From positions 14,880,001-14,944,000 of the forward strand of contig JAQFVV010000008.1 of NCBI GenBank assembly GCA_028023455.1: DNA of 64,000 bases, given 5' to 3'. The notes under the pieces are model-generated. The model had not been told where the DNA came from, did no database searches, and worked only from the letters and a program-made list of their open reading frames with translations. The position numbers and the translations under genes were made by a program. Source of the stretch: Epiperipatus broadwayi. Its lineage: Eukaryota > Animalia > Onychophora. Of the stretch, positions 1 through 12,929 are shown in pieces. Positions within the stretch are counted from its first letter, which is position 1; the number at the start of each line of letters is the position of its first letter.

Positions 1-367
1 AAAATAAATTTTAATTGTGGAATGTTAAAAGGAAAATTATTATTATTAAAAAACAAAAATTAATGCATGATTTATATAAGTAATAGCTCAAAAAAGAAAA
101 TTTGACAATTCATATGTTTATATATTGTTATATTTTAATATTAACACAGTAATATACAAAGTAATGCTAAAACAACTGCAATATTATATTGTTACATTGT
201 TGTTTTTTATTGCTACATTAAGATTAAGTAAGACAATCATTTTAACAAATGAATCTAGTTAGATCCATTTGAGAGTCAAAGGTATTATCTCATGTTTTGT
301 TTAGAGTAGTTCTAGTATCATAAGATTTCATTGGTAGGCGCATAATTAATAAATATGTTAGTTTACT

Positions 368-437
368 AATAAAAATATTTTAGATTCACATCTTTTTGAA
401 TATTTTATAAAAGATGTGAATATAAAATATTTTTATT
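368..437. repeat. 29-bp-arm inverted repeat (hairpin), 12-nt loop
   Basis: aataaaaatattttagattcacatctttt (368-396) is the reverse complement of aaaagatgtgaatataaaatatttttatt (409-437) with one mismatch. Confidence 0.85.
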
Positions 438-2059
438 GTTAAAATAAGTTTTGATAAATTTAAAAAAAAACTTAAAATTTCTATTGAAATTAATAACTTC
501 CATCCAATTTTTATGTATCAATTTTAAAGCTGTCTAACTTTCATCTTAAAGTCACATGTTATATTGTCTTTGTTGAAAAAAAGACAAGTTCTTTGTTTGA
601 AAATTGGTAGACTATCTAAGTAACGGAGAACTATAATCAAACAATAACATTTGGTTATTATGGCATCTCAGTTTGAAAGCTTCATCATACAATTTACTGA
701 TTACTTACATTATTAATATTTATTAAAATTGTTTACCGGCAAACAGAAATGACTTAATGGTCACATTTGATCGTTATATTTGCAGTTCTTGAGAACAATT
801 GGTATAAAACAAGTAAATCTTGGATGACGAAAGTATTGTCATTTGTTGGATTTTAAAATTTAAATGTATATGTTTATTAATCCGAATATATATATATGTT
901 TGCAGACTTATATACAAAGTGTAGCCATTTGATGAATTTGGAAATTTAAATTTATATATGCTTGTTAATCTGAATATAAGTTTACATGTACGTTTGGCAA
1001 GCTTGTATACATTAATGATAATTTATTTATAATGTTGAGAATTATCATTGACTAATTGTTTTTAAAACTAATGTGTAGCTGAAAACTTATAAAAAGATCA
1101 GCAATTGACTTAAGCCACCATTGTTAGTTTATTTCAATTGACAAATGTGAATAATAAAAAAAAAAACCGCACATATGTATAATTCTACGTTTACAAATGA
1201 CAATTTGAAATTGGAAAGAGCGACATCTAGTCATTGAAATATATGACTTATAAAAGCTTTATAAATCATACAATAAAATACTGTACTATCATAAAATTAA
1301 AATAATTTTTATGTTATATTAATAATAATAACACGTAGAATTTACTTTATAACATTAAGATTGATATTATACATTCAGAAAAGCAGTTAAACACATTTAT
1401 ATTATGAATAATACAATTATTTAATTTTATTAAGTTCAAGTTATTATATTCTTAAAACATTGATAATGAAACGTCATTTTTAATTGTAATTATAAAGTAA
1501 ATAAACTATTATAAACTCTTAAAAATAAGCAGGCATTGTATGCAAATTTAACGGTCTGCAAATTTAATTACTAGACTCCCAAATCATGGCTTAAAAAAAA
1601 AACAGCTTTAAAACAAAAAACTGTTTATTTATGAAAATAATTTAATTACTTTAATATATATATCTCTACACTATTATTTGGTAATCTTTTTATATTGTAA
1701 ATGCGCTAATATTGATGTCAACAGTTGGATTTATTTTGTCGAAAATTAGATAATTAGATCATGACACCAGATAGCAATGCCTTTAAATTTCAACATGGAT
1801 AAGGAATTGCTCATTCTTTGAGAAAATGTATTCTTGTATGCTAAAAATAAGGGAAACCTAAAAGTATTTGTGAATCTTATGCAAAAATGAGTTTTAAAAT
1901 GGGGATTAAATTTAGTGAAGAAAAATAAAAAATAATACTAAGAAAGAGGAGAGTTTTTAAAGATATATAATTATGAAGGAAGTAAATAGATATAATTATG
2001 AATGAATCATTTTGAGTAATCAAGATGACTGAGAAGTAAAATTGATAAAAGCTGCAAAA

Positions 2060-2560
2060 ACATAAAGAACTGATAAAGAAATTAACACTTTTTATATAAA
2101 GGATACGATACAGAAACAATTATATAGGAAAGTACAATGCAAGTTTTAGCATATGAGAATAATGTACTGCATAATTGTAAAAGGATATCAAATATTCTAG
2201 AGCACATTCAAAGAGCAGTAGAAAGATATACCTTAGATGTTTGATATATAGAAAACAAATAAAGCAATTTAAGATATGGGATGATCATGTTTTTATATGA
2301 AGGATGTAAAGACACTATTGGAAACTATTTTGGTAAATTGAAGTTTGTAAATAATAATTGAATAGTTAAAATATTTTCTAATTGAGTTTTAAGGAAAAAA
2401 AAGGCCACAAAGTGAATTAAAAAATATAATATATTAATGGATTAGACTTAAAATAAAAGGTATTATTAAGATTGTAACTGGAACTGCAGTAAAGGTTAGA
2501 ATGGGAAAATAGTTCCGTTAATAAAAGGTAGTGTTAAAAATATACAGAGAAAATATGGTA
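2060..2560 (+). mobile_element. Highly decayed 3' fragment of a CR1/L2-like LINE ORF2
   Basis: Manual translation across stops and frameshifts gives QLYRK..VLAYENNVL..ISNILEHIQRAVERY and KGHKV. These resemble the CR1-type LY..LVRP.LEY...W.P.....LE.VQRRA and TRGH motifs. Weak match. Confidence 0.35.
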
Positions 2561-2729
2561 AATAAAAAATAAAGTTTGAATATCAGGAGTGAGTAATTTT
2601 ATAATAGCATAAACAGTCTACATTTTAAGGCCTAAACAGGAGCACTAGCAACAAGGGAATATACTTATAAATGGAATACCTTGGGAGATTTAACACTGTA
2701 AACTATATAATGAAGCTATTAGTCATTTA

Positions 2730-3029
2730 TTTTTAGAGTAAGAGCATCCTGACTAGTTTGGCATAGCTGGTAGAGTGTCTGACCTGGAATTGGGAGGTCC
2801 CAGGATCAATTCTAGTGCTTGCAGTTCTGACACTCAAACTTCTTATGAACTCCCAAGCATCAAATCCATAAGCATTTTTTATCCTGCACAATTTTGCACA
2901 GTTGGTAGAATGTTCAACTTGGGATAGGGAGGTCCCAATCGATTCTGGTTCTCACAAGTCTGGCATTTAAACTTCTTATGAACTCCTGAGCAATAAAGCC
3001 ATACCCCCCCCCCCTTTTTAGAGTAAGAG
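2730..3029 (+). mobile_element. Dimeric tRNA-derived SINE flanked by a 15-bp direct repeat
   Basis: Two diverged ~135-bp monomers (2745-2880, 2881-3014). Each has an A-box-like (tggcatagctgg / ttgcacagttgg) and B-box-like (ggatcaattct / atcgattct) segment and shares aaacttcttatgaactcc. tttttagagtaagag occurs at 2730-2744 and 3015-3029. Confidence 0.75.
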
Positions 3030-5597
3030 TATGATCATTGTCATATCTGCGTAGCAATGATAATGATGATGATATGTCATGTCTTACTTCAAAACCAACA
3101 AAAATTATTTATCTAAAGTATAAATAACTGCTTTTTTTTTTTCAATTTTAATCTACCAATCATCATTACAATGTCAAATTTCTGCCTTTAAATCTTTATA
3201 TTGTTTCTTAAGTTCCACATTCATTTTATTGTTTAACTCAAGGAGAAAATATATCATTTTCTTTAAAAGTTTTCAATTTATTATTTCTGAATCAATAATA
3301 TAATACTGTGTATGAAAATTTATTACATGCACTTTTTATCTTGCATCATTTTGAAAATTTTTTATGGTGTAATAATATTATTTTAATGCAAAAATATTCT
3401 TACATTTCTAAAAATTGTGAGAAAAATAAATATTTATCTTGCCAATATTCATAAACAATCAATTTAAAAATGCAATTATTCATAAAATTAAATAATATGC
3501 TTTAACCATTGCCATAAAAACAGTTTTGTTTTGTTTTTACAATTTACTAGTAATTTCAATTACATTTCATAAGTAAATTCATAGATAAAAAAACAAGGCC
3601 AAATTGAAAATTCAAATTACAATTTTAGTGTTGAACAGTTTTAGAATTTATTATGAATACAGCAGATACTCATATTCCTAGGAATATGATTAATGTAAGA
3701 TATGTTTTTAAATGCCATTATCATTTCAACTTTGTAGTATATTAATTTATGTTCTGTACCTATAAGTGATCATGTAATACTGAATTTGTTTTTATTCTGG
3801 CATCTAGCATAAGCCATAAGATGTCACTGAGAATATGAATACATCTAAGTTCATTTCTGATTAAGCGAAATGTTTATGATAATCAGCCCTTATATTTTTT
3901 ATTTAATAATGATGCACTTACTTTACCCAATAATTAATAAAATTTAAGTTTCTTTGAACTTTCTGAATGCAGCAATATCATCCTAATAAAATGAGCACAA
4001 ATATATTAATATTTCTCTGGTAATTAAAGATATGGAGATAGATGTTATAGTAAATCCAACATAATGTAACATTTTTTTTATTTGCTGAATTGATCTTCCA
4101 AAAAAAAATTATAGTCACATACCTATTCAATATTTCTTTTCTTCTTCTGAAACACAAAGTTCACTAAGAGCATATATGTCAATCTTAAATTTTGATAAGT
4201 TCTTAATTATTATAACTATTCCATCCTTATATCTTAAAGAATCTACATTAATCAACGTTTGCACAATATTTAGGGAGAAAATGAAGTACTCCTATTTGAC
4301 ATTATTATTATTGTTGATATTACAATGTTTCTATTGTTAAATAAGTAATTCTCCAAGCATTGTAACATAGATAGAATTTTGTAATAATGAAAATTTTAAA
4401 ATAATCTTCTGTATATTCTTTTATATTTGAGGGATAAAGAAAAAGACCTAAATCAGATTTTGCAAGTATCCAATTACTTCTGAATGAAATTTCTGTTCTA
4501 GATACAGTTCCCCCTGTATTATTATTGTTGTTGCTGTAGTGTAGATTTATAATATGAATATAATGGAATAATAACTTTTAGCAAAAATAATTATATCTAC
4601 TTTTTCTTTCTTTCTGATAACTACATTATAAAAAAAAAAAACAATGCAAAAAGTAGGAAAGAGGTCAGGGTTCCAGATATTAATCTACATTAGTGTTAAT
4701 AGATCTCACTAATGTCTCATTTTAATTTAACTTATTCATAATAATAATTTGAATTATTAATTTATGAAATAGTATTTTTTTTTAAAAAAAAGCCATTATT
4801 TGTTAATGAATATCAAAAAAACAATGAACATCAGTTTCACATCCTTTGTTTATTGTTATAAATATCAATGGGTTGAGTCTGCTTATTTTTTTCAATTTTC
4901 CTATTATGATTGGAATTCAATAAAATTAATTCCATTTGACTATTAATTGACTTTTCTCCATTTATGGGATATAATTGATTATGAATCAAAATTGCTTTCA
5001 TGTTAAAACTAATTATATGGGTGTCAATCATAGAATAAATATAATATAAAATATATACATTTTCTTAAATTGGTCAGGGTGAAAATTGAATCTAATAGTT
5101 AAAAATTTAGTCTGAATAAACAGGGTTTTTGAAAAATTATTTTTAAAAAATCCCTGCTATTGAACTTTGATAAATATTCTTCAGAATTTGACTTTGCCAT
5201 GGAGTATCATAATGTTTCAAATTTTTAGTCACACACACAAAGTTTGAAAAATGCATATATTTTCATAATCTACAAATTCAAACTGAAATGGCAAATTCTG
5301 TTTATTGATACCTTCTATAACTTCTTATTTATTATTTGGATATTATCTATTGAGCTACAGTTAACCTTAAATTCATATTGTTCAATATTTTCTTTGTCTT
5401 GAATCTAAAGTTCTCTAATTATAGTTTATAATGATCTTAAGAAAAATCACATACAGAAGCTTGCATTGGTCTATATAAATTTTAATATTTTTTTTCATCT
5501 TTTTAAAAACTCAATATCATTATTACATTCTTTCAATTATCTGGAATGTTATTATTTCTATTAAAACTCACAAGATCCCCATTTTATATGGATACAC

Positions 5598-5698
5598 AAC
5601 AATAGCAATCTCTCTATACTGTAGTGCCACCAAATATGAGCCCCAAATTACTGGGATTTGCACTTGGTGGCACCAGTATATAGAGAGTTTGCTATGTT
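5598..5698. repeat. ~100-bp imperfect foldback (MITE-like)
   Basis: aacaatagcaatctctctatactgtagtgccaccaa pairs with ttggtggcaccagtatatagagagtttgctatgtt, with a few small indels. Confidence 0.8.
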
Positions 5699-8600
5699 AT
5701 TATTTTGGGATCCAGCTTCAAAACCAAGTACTATCATAGATTTAATTAAGTAATTATGGAAAAGCTGCTAATAAAAATTTAATAATTAATTAGGAAAAAG
5801 ATTTAACTACAACTATATACACAATAGGTAAAAGAAACTAGATTTTGGAGAACATAACGCCAGCTCTGCTTTGGTACTTGCAGTAGCAGATGTTAGTGAA
5901 TCATGTGTGAAGCTTGTTCTTCATTTTGGTTTTGCAAAGCTTATCGATAGTCCGCTATTATGGAGTCTTTGGTATACCTTTATAAATCCAAGCTCCCTAT
6001 TCAGCTTATTGTCATTATGTTATTATTTCTGATATTTATATTATGTTATTACTTAAGCAGCAATGAATCTCTGTTAATTAGTAAATTTATATGTAGTCTG
6101 ATCTTACTATCTACTTAATTTTTAATCTCTTAGATTGCATCTTTGATTATGTTGTGGTTGTTATTTTTTCTCAAATATAACCACTATTTGCTGACAATTA
6201 ATAATACCATAATTAATTTTCACACATATATCTATAAAATTTAATTGTTATTTAATTAAATAATGTTTAAATTATTAATTTGTAATAATGTATTTAGTTA
6301 TTTATTATATATATCTAATTTTAACAAAAATATAGGTATGGGTTTTATGACTCGTGTTTATTTGGCATAATTCTTTGCTGTACACAACAATTCAATTATC
6401 ATTCAAATATTTGATGATTCTAATATTTTTGTCTATTTGTATTCTTTTTATAAGTGATTATATTTCATTTCTTTATTTAAAACATACAATATAGCAATTC
6501 AAAATTTATTGTCATATTTACATAGTGCACTTTGTTTTCTTATTTTTATCACTTATTTTTATCTAGAGTTTTCTTACTTTACAATACAATCCTCTTTTCC
6601 ATAATAATTGCAATATTAAGATGTTGTTTTATATGTTTAGGACTTTTGTTTTATTTTATAATTATTGTTTGTATTTCATAGACATATTTTTTTTTTTGAA
6701 TTAACTTTTTCTCAAATTATTTTACAGAATTCCAAATATTCAATTCTTTTAATGAATGGTTTTTCAATATTTTTCTTACCTATGGTAAATATTAGCTTGT
6801 CTTATTAAAAAAAAATTTTTTGATAAATTTCTTTTTCGTTATTGATGTGTGTGCATCTTTTTATTAGAAATATACATTTATTTCTTTATTGATGCCTGAA
6901 CCATTTTCATATTATGTTAATATTTTATAATGTTTTATAATATCCAAATTTAAATTTAAAATAATTGTTTAGTGATTATAGATATCCTCTGATGATATTG
7001 GGGTTTTTTTAAAAAAAAATAGCTTTTAGTTTTTTAGATTTGCATTAGCACATCTTATTAATCTCTGTTGAATCTTATACATATTACAATTTTAAAATAC
7101 TTGTTCGCTATTAATAAATATATCAACTATGTTCCAGTTTTATTGGCTGCTTCTACATTCATTTCCTCCCTGTAAAAGGATTTGCTAATAATTAGAGATC
7201 CCTTAATTCCTTTCGAAGACTTCAAAAGATTCAAGCAAAATAAATTTCTAATATCTGCACATTATTGTCATCTATTCAAAATATTATTACCATGATTATT
7301 CTTATGATAAACATAGATGGGCTGTTCAACTTACTGTCATTTAGCTCTGAATATAAGATTTAAATATACTTTGGTGTTCTCTTTCAATTTTTTTTTAAGT
7401 TCATTACTGAGCTATCAACTGGATAGCAGAATATATATGACTATGATGGTGTTAATTTTCCTTTTATATTTGCACTTACAACAGACATTTGCTTCCTGAA
7501 GTCTATAGGATCATTAGACAGTAGCAATTAGCAGCTGAAAGCAAACGTTGTTTAACAATCATCGGATAATAAACAAAGGTCACTATTCATTGATGATTAG
7601 TATTTAACAGTCTACAACTATATATCACTTTCAAACAAACACAAAAAAATGATTAAATAAAAATGGAAAAGGCATTGTTTAATAATAATAGAATTAGTCA
7701 CATCTTGTGAAATTAGATTTAAAAAAAAGAAAAAGACTGTTAACTTAAAAACTGGGTGTGGACTTTATTGTAAAGAAACAATATTAGAAGCATAAATGTA
7801 CTGGAATTTATTAAAAATAAAAGATAAAAAAAGCAACATTCTTCAGATTGATGGTATTTTAGATAAAGCTGCAAGATTATTTATTCAGTAGAAGATAATA
7901 TACTAAACAGATTAAACAACATTTTAACATTACCATGGAAATTTAATGCTAGAATTGGAAACATTTAAAAAATGAAATAGTGATGGCAAAATTAGGAGAT
8001 AAAGACAGAAACAAGAGAAACGTGTCATCATATCATATATTTGCATCTAGTAGATAAAATCTTTTTACTCAACTTACTTAATGGACAATTCTCCATAATG
8101 GTTTATTAAGTGAACTAAAATCATATGGTGATTAGTGAACAATTTTATATTTAAGTTAACGTGCGAAGTTTTAAACAGTTCCCTTCTCTTATCTTTTTCA
8201 TACTATAAAAGAGCCATATCAGATGCAAAATTTGAAAGCATTCATTTAAATTTATAAATATATTTTTTACAAAGAGAAAAAATAATATATATGTGCTTTT
8301 TATGAAAAATAGTTTTTTTTTTATGTTTGTGTGAGTGATAACTTTTGAAGAATATCCCATGCAATAAATAATATCTCTTTTTTTTCTTTTACTTATATTT
8401 AAAAATAGATCATAATATTTATTTTAATTATTGTATTTAAAGATTTAATAATCAGCATCAATAAGGCATTTTTCATACACAGCAATGAAAAACTAATCAC
8501 TTTTCATATTATATCCATGGTTTTATTTGACAGGTGTGTGAGGTTTGAGAAATTGTATTTTTTATTATCAAAGATAAACAATAATTTTACAAAACAAGTT

Positions 8601-9489
8601 GATTACGAGGATAAAAGTCTTTCATTGTTATTGATTGTGTAATTTTTTATATTTACAATATAAAGAAGGGTACTTTTATTAACAATACTTTAAATATATA
8701 AGAAGGGTTCAGCTTAAAATTTAAATAAGAGTTGAGAAAAAGAGTTGAGAAAAAATTTAGTGTGAATAATGACGTGTAGAAGATTAAATACGAATGCTAT
8801 GTATGTTTAAATTCCGTATATATTTCAACAACTTGAAAATTCTTTCACAATATGTTAAAATGATTTTAAGAGAGACAAAAAAAGATTGATCATAAAAGAG
8901 GACTATTATATATAAGATTTGTTAAAACTTTTATATAAATATTGATTAAGATATAGAAGTTTAGATCACCATGAAAATGTTTATATGCCATGGAAATGTT
9001 GATTTATGTCAGGACATCTTGAATTAGTGATTGTAGTTAAGGCAATTATAAAATATTATTGGTTGCAGTTTGGGTTTTGTATTTTAGACTTTTATGTTTT
9101 AAGCCTAAAGTAAATATGATATAACAATAGAACTTACTTGTCATTAGATTTAAATTATAAAATTTATAGAAAAAAGATGTGATGAGTACACTCAGAACAG
9201 GACTTGAGATTTAATCAACTTTGTTAATATTGTGTAAAATAAAATAGCTTAATATATAATGAAGATACTTATGTATATAACTTGGAAAAAATGAAATATT
9301 ATGAATTACTTTTTTATATTAATTTGTGTTCAAAACAATTTTATATCAAGGTTGTAACTTATATATATATATAAAATTAATCCTAGAATTAAAATTCGTG
9401 GGAGTGCTTTTGGTAGAAACAACTTAATATTAAAAGGAAATATGTATATATATTTGAAAAATGTTTTTTTAATAAATGTATGTTACCAG

Positions 9490-9850
9490 TTCTTATGAAT
9501 CTGAGACTTGAACACTTAAGAGAATATCAATACAAAAACTTCAAACCATTCAATGAAGTAAGAAGAGATGTATGCTAGGAGTAACATGAAGGGTTCAAAA
9601 TAAAATGCATGAATGAGAAACAAACAGATGTTATTGACATCATTGAAAGAATTAAGAGACTGAAGTGATGTTGGACTGGACATATTGCTAGAAGAGATGA
9701 TAATAGATCAACAGATGAAACCTTAAGCTGGATTCTAAAAATGTATAATACCTAGAAAGAGATCACATGTGAAATGGATGAATGAAATAAGTAAGGATGC
9801 TAGGATGATGTAAAAAAAGAGAGGCTAAAGATCAGAGAATATGGATTGAA
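9490..9850 (+). mobile_element. RTE-clade LINE 3' fragment (decayed)
   Basis: Translates with disruptions as YESET*TL..IQKLQTIQ..RCMLGV..DVIDIIERIKRLK*CWTGHIARRDDNR..PRKRSHVKWMNEI, the typical RTE C-terminus. Confidence 0.75.
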
Positions 9851-11859
9851 CTTTGACTTTGGAAGAAAAAAAAGAATTTTAGTTGAACTTCAAAGTTTCC
9901 AATGGAAAATTCTAATAGATTGGATGAGAAATTCATGGAATGTTTGGAATTTATAAAGGATATTCATAATGTTTTTAAGTTGGATATATTTTTAAAAAAA
10001 TATTATATTCATCATCACATAATAGGAAATATTTGCATTTTATGTAAGAGAAAAATGGATCCTGCACAGCTTGGATCTGTTTGAAAAATCAATATAGACA
10101 ATGATGATGATGAATAGTCCAGCACAGGAGAAAATCTCTTATAAATTTCACTATGTGATCTAACAGAGTTGAGAGCTATAGATTTCTTCCTTTTACATAT
10201 TTGATTTTGAGTTGTTTGCAGTAAGTATAATTTGATATTAGCTGTTTCAAAATGAATATTAAATAATTTGAATTATTTAGGTCAGATAATAGATTTGAAA
10301 TCAATTTGAATTTCTTAACAATTTATTAATTTTAATTTATTTACATACGTAGTTTCTTTTTAGACTTTCATAAAAAAAATTTAGGAACAAATTCAGCTAG
10401 AAATTTTTTTTGAAAAAGTTTCTGGCAAATAAAATTTTTGAATCTACGTTTTTCTGTAGTGATATTCTTAATATTTTCAATATCTAGCAGTTGTCAGAAA
10501 ATATTCTTTCAATGATATATAAATTAAAATTTGTATATAGAAATTAACATTTTTATTGATAGTGGCCCTATAAAAATTGTTTTAGGCTCACTTTAATGAT
10601 AACAGTTTTATTACTATTTAACACAGATTTAGCTTTCAAATAAACATAAATATATACATATATAAATAAACCATTAATGTTATTACCAGTTTTGTCTTAA
10701 ATTATGTATGTATTTGCATATTTATTTATTGTGTAGGAGTATAGAATTTTGCTTATTAAAAAATGCTTAACAATTTATTGTGTTGATATTTTAAAATGTA
10801 CTTGATAATTAAAATCTATTTATAATTAGTAAATAATGGAGTTGAATCAACTCGGATTATCACTGTATGTTTAAAATGTTGGATTAACTTTAATATTGTA
10901 CTACTTGGCACTGGAGAACATTAGATGATTAACTGAAATTACTTTGTAACAGATGGCAAAAAGATGTCTTAAATCAAATTCCCAGTTTTAATTAAGTTAA
11001 GTATCAAAATACAGGGTTTCTTTTTTACTTCTACATTTACTACAACAATTTTATAGAAGTTTCGTGTTAAATGTAGTTAAACCAATAAATAAAAAGAAAA
11101 CTGATATAAAGAAATTAAGTATAAAGCTACACTTTCTCAAAGTGACTAAAGAAAAGGTTTTGTATTAAAAAAGTATTATCTAATCCAAATGATACTCAAA
11201 CAATATTTATCAATATATAACATAAATACGACAACAGTAATATATACTTCATTAGTAAAACAATTACTTTTCATTTTGTAATTATGGGGATGGGGGGTGG
11301 AGTATGAACAAATGTTTTTAACATTATGTATAAATATTAAATAAGCTGAAAGTATCAAACATTTTAAGCTTACATGTATAACATTTTATATAAATTTAAA
11401 GCATATTTTAGCACTTACTGCTGTAAATTCCAACTTTTATATCATTAACAGCTAATTAATGTAAATTAAATAGGCTGATTTCATGCTAAATAGTTTGGTT
11501 AAAAATTATCCTCATTAAAGGATAGCACAGAACAAGACCTTTGTCTTATCTAACTAACTTAGGTTGCAACTGAAATACATGTAACAGCAAGAGATCAGTG
11601 TATTTATTTTATCTTAGATAGTGATTTATTATTCCACAATACTCAAGTTTGAATTTGTACTAGAGAGCATTGAAATATGCATTTTATTAATAACAATTGT
11701 CAGGTGCTGTGTTCATGTTACTAAAGAGTTTTGCATGTGGCAGATAGTAAGAGTTAGTGGGATGACTTTGAGATATGAAGATTAAATGTAAATAAATAAA
11801 GAGGGATATTAAAACAGGCAAAACTCTCCATACAGTATTGTCACTCAGTGCAAGTCAGA

Positions 11860-12560
11860 GTAATCAATGGATGCCAGAAGTCTTGTGCATAAAATCCCCA
11901 TCTAATGCCTATTCATCCAATATCCCCATACTAGTTTTTGGCTTGTGGCCTTCATCAATGAGGAGCCATGGATCTGAGAGCACTGCATTTAGATCTTAGG
12001 ATCTAATGCAAATCTCCAGCAGCCACCTTTTATCTCTACTTAACTACAAAACTATGAGTCTTAAATTGAAAACACAATAATATTTTCAATCCAAGCTCAT
12101 TAGCTTACATAGTCATATAGGTCTGAACTCAGTTCAGTACCTATACATTTTGTTGTCTTTGGTTTTTTAATAACCATAGCCACCACTATCCTATTAGGCA
12201 GGATTGGTTTTAAGTCAATAAACATCACATGATCACAATTTCTTATGCTTGCTGTGATGTTTATTGAAATAAATAGTGTCCAACCAAGATTATCTTTGCT
12301 GCTTTATAGAATAGGATGTTGATATATAAAGACTTTTCTGTGTTTTTTCTTCTCCTGTCCCTTAAGTTAGTGCATATCCTAGTTATCATGAATCTTTCAT
12401 GCCATATTGTGCATTTATAAAACAGGTTTCCAACCTTGGTCATCATGAACCTCTTTATGGTCATCTTCCTATACTGAGTGTGACAGTGAGATTGTGTATT
12501 TGTACAACTACATTTCCTTTTTCATTTTTTAAACTCATAGCCTCAAGAATTATGAAGGAT
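11860..12560 (-). mobile_element. Possible RTE-like LINE 3' fragment (very decayed)
   Basis: Minus strand gives TIKR..MTK.ET.F and IKQQR*SWLD-like pieces, resembling the RTE 'WT....KLE.F / IKQRRL.W.GH' region. Confidence 0.35.
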
Positions 12561-12929
12561 TAATGGAGATAGGTCTTAATAATAGATGGGCAGTTCTTAA
12601 TTGTGATATTTTCAAGAAGGTAGTACAATGACAATTAAATTGGGTTGAAATTAGTTTTGACACAAGAATTTTAGTTGGGCAAACATTGTATAATTAGATA
12701 GTCCTATTTAGGGATTACCTTGCCTACCATAGAATGGGAAGAGATTTAGGAAATTTGTCTAAAAATGGCATAAAAAGGACCTAGAAATGCAATCTAAAAA
12801 TGACATATCTGATACATTTCAACTACATTATCATGCCTGGTAGAGTACTTAATAAAATAATAGACATAATAATATTACCAATAGTAAAGATAAAGTAAGA
12901 GACAATATTTTTTCCTAAATATTGAGTAC

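Noticed and set aside
1219-1232. agcgacatctagtc, CTCF-motif-like
   Set aside because: Partial match lacking the terminal GG; a single motif without context is not evidence.
2830-3000. cttatga motifs in the dimeric SINE as a possible ribozyme core
   Set aside because: No CUGANGA, GAAA or helix I pairing.
7485-7578. Exon-like segment (acag..aaag|gt) reading HLLPEVYRIIRQ*QLAAESKRCLTIIG**TK, open only if TAA/TAG encode Gln
   Set aside because: A single short segment. The rest of the window looks metazoan and shows no gene-dense ciliate-type coding, so an alternative genetic code is not supported.
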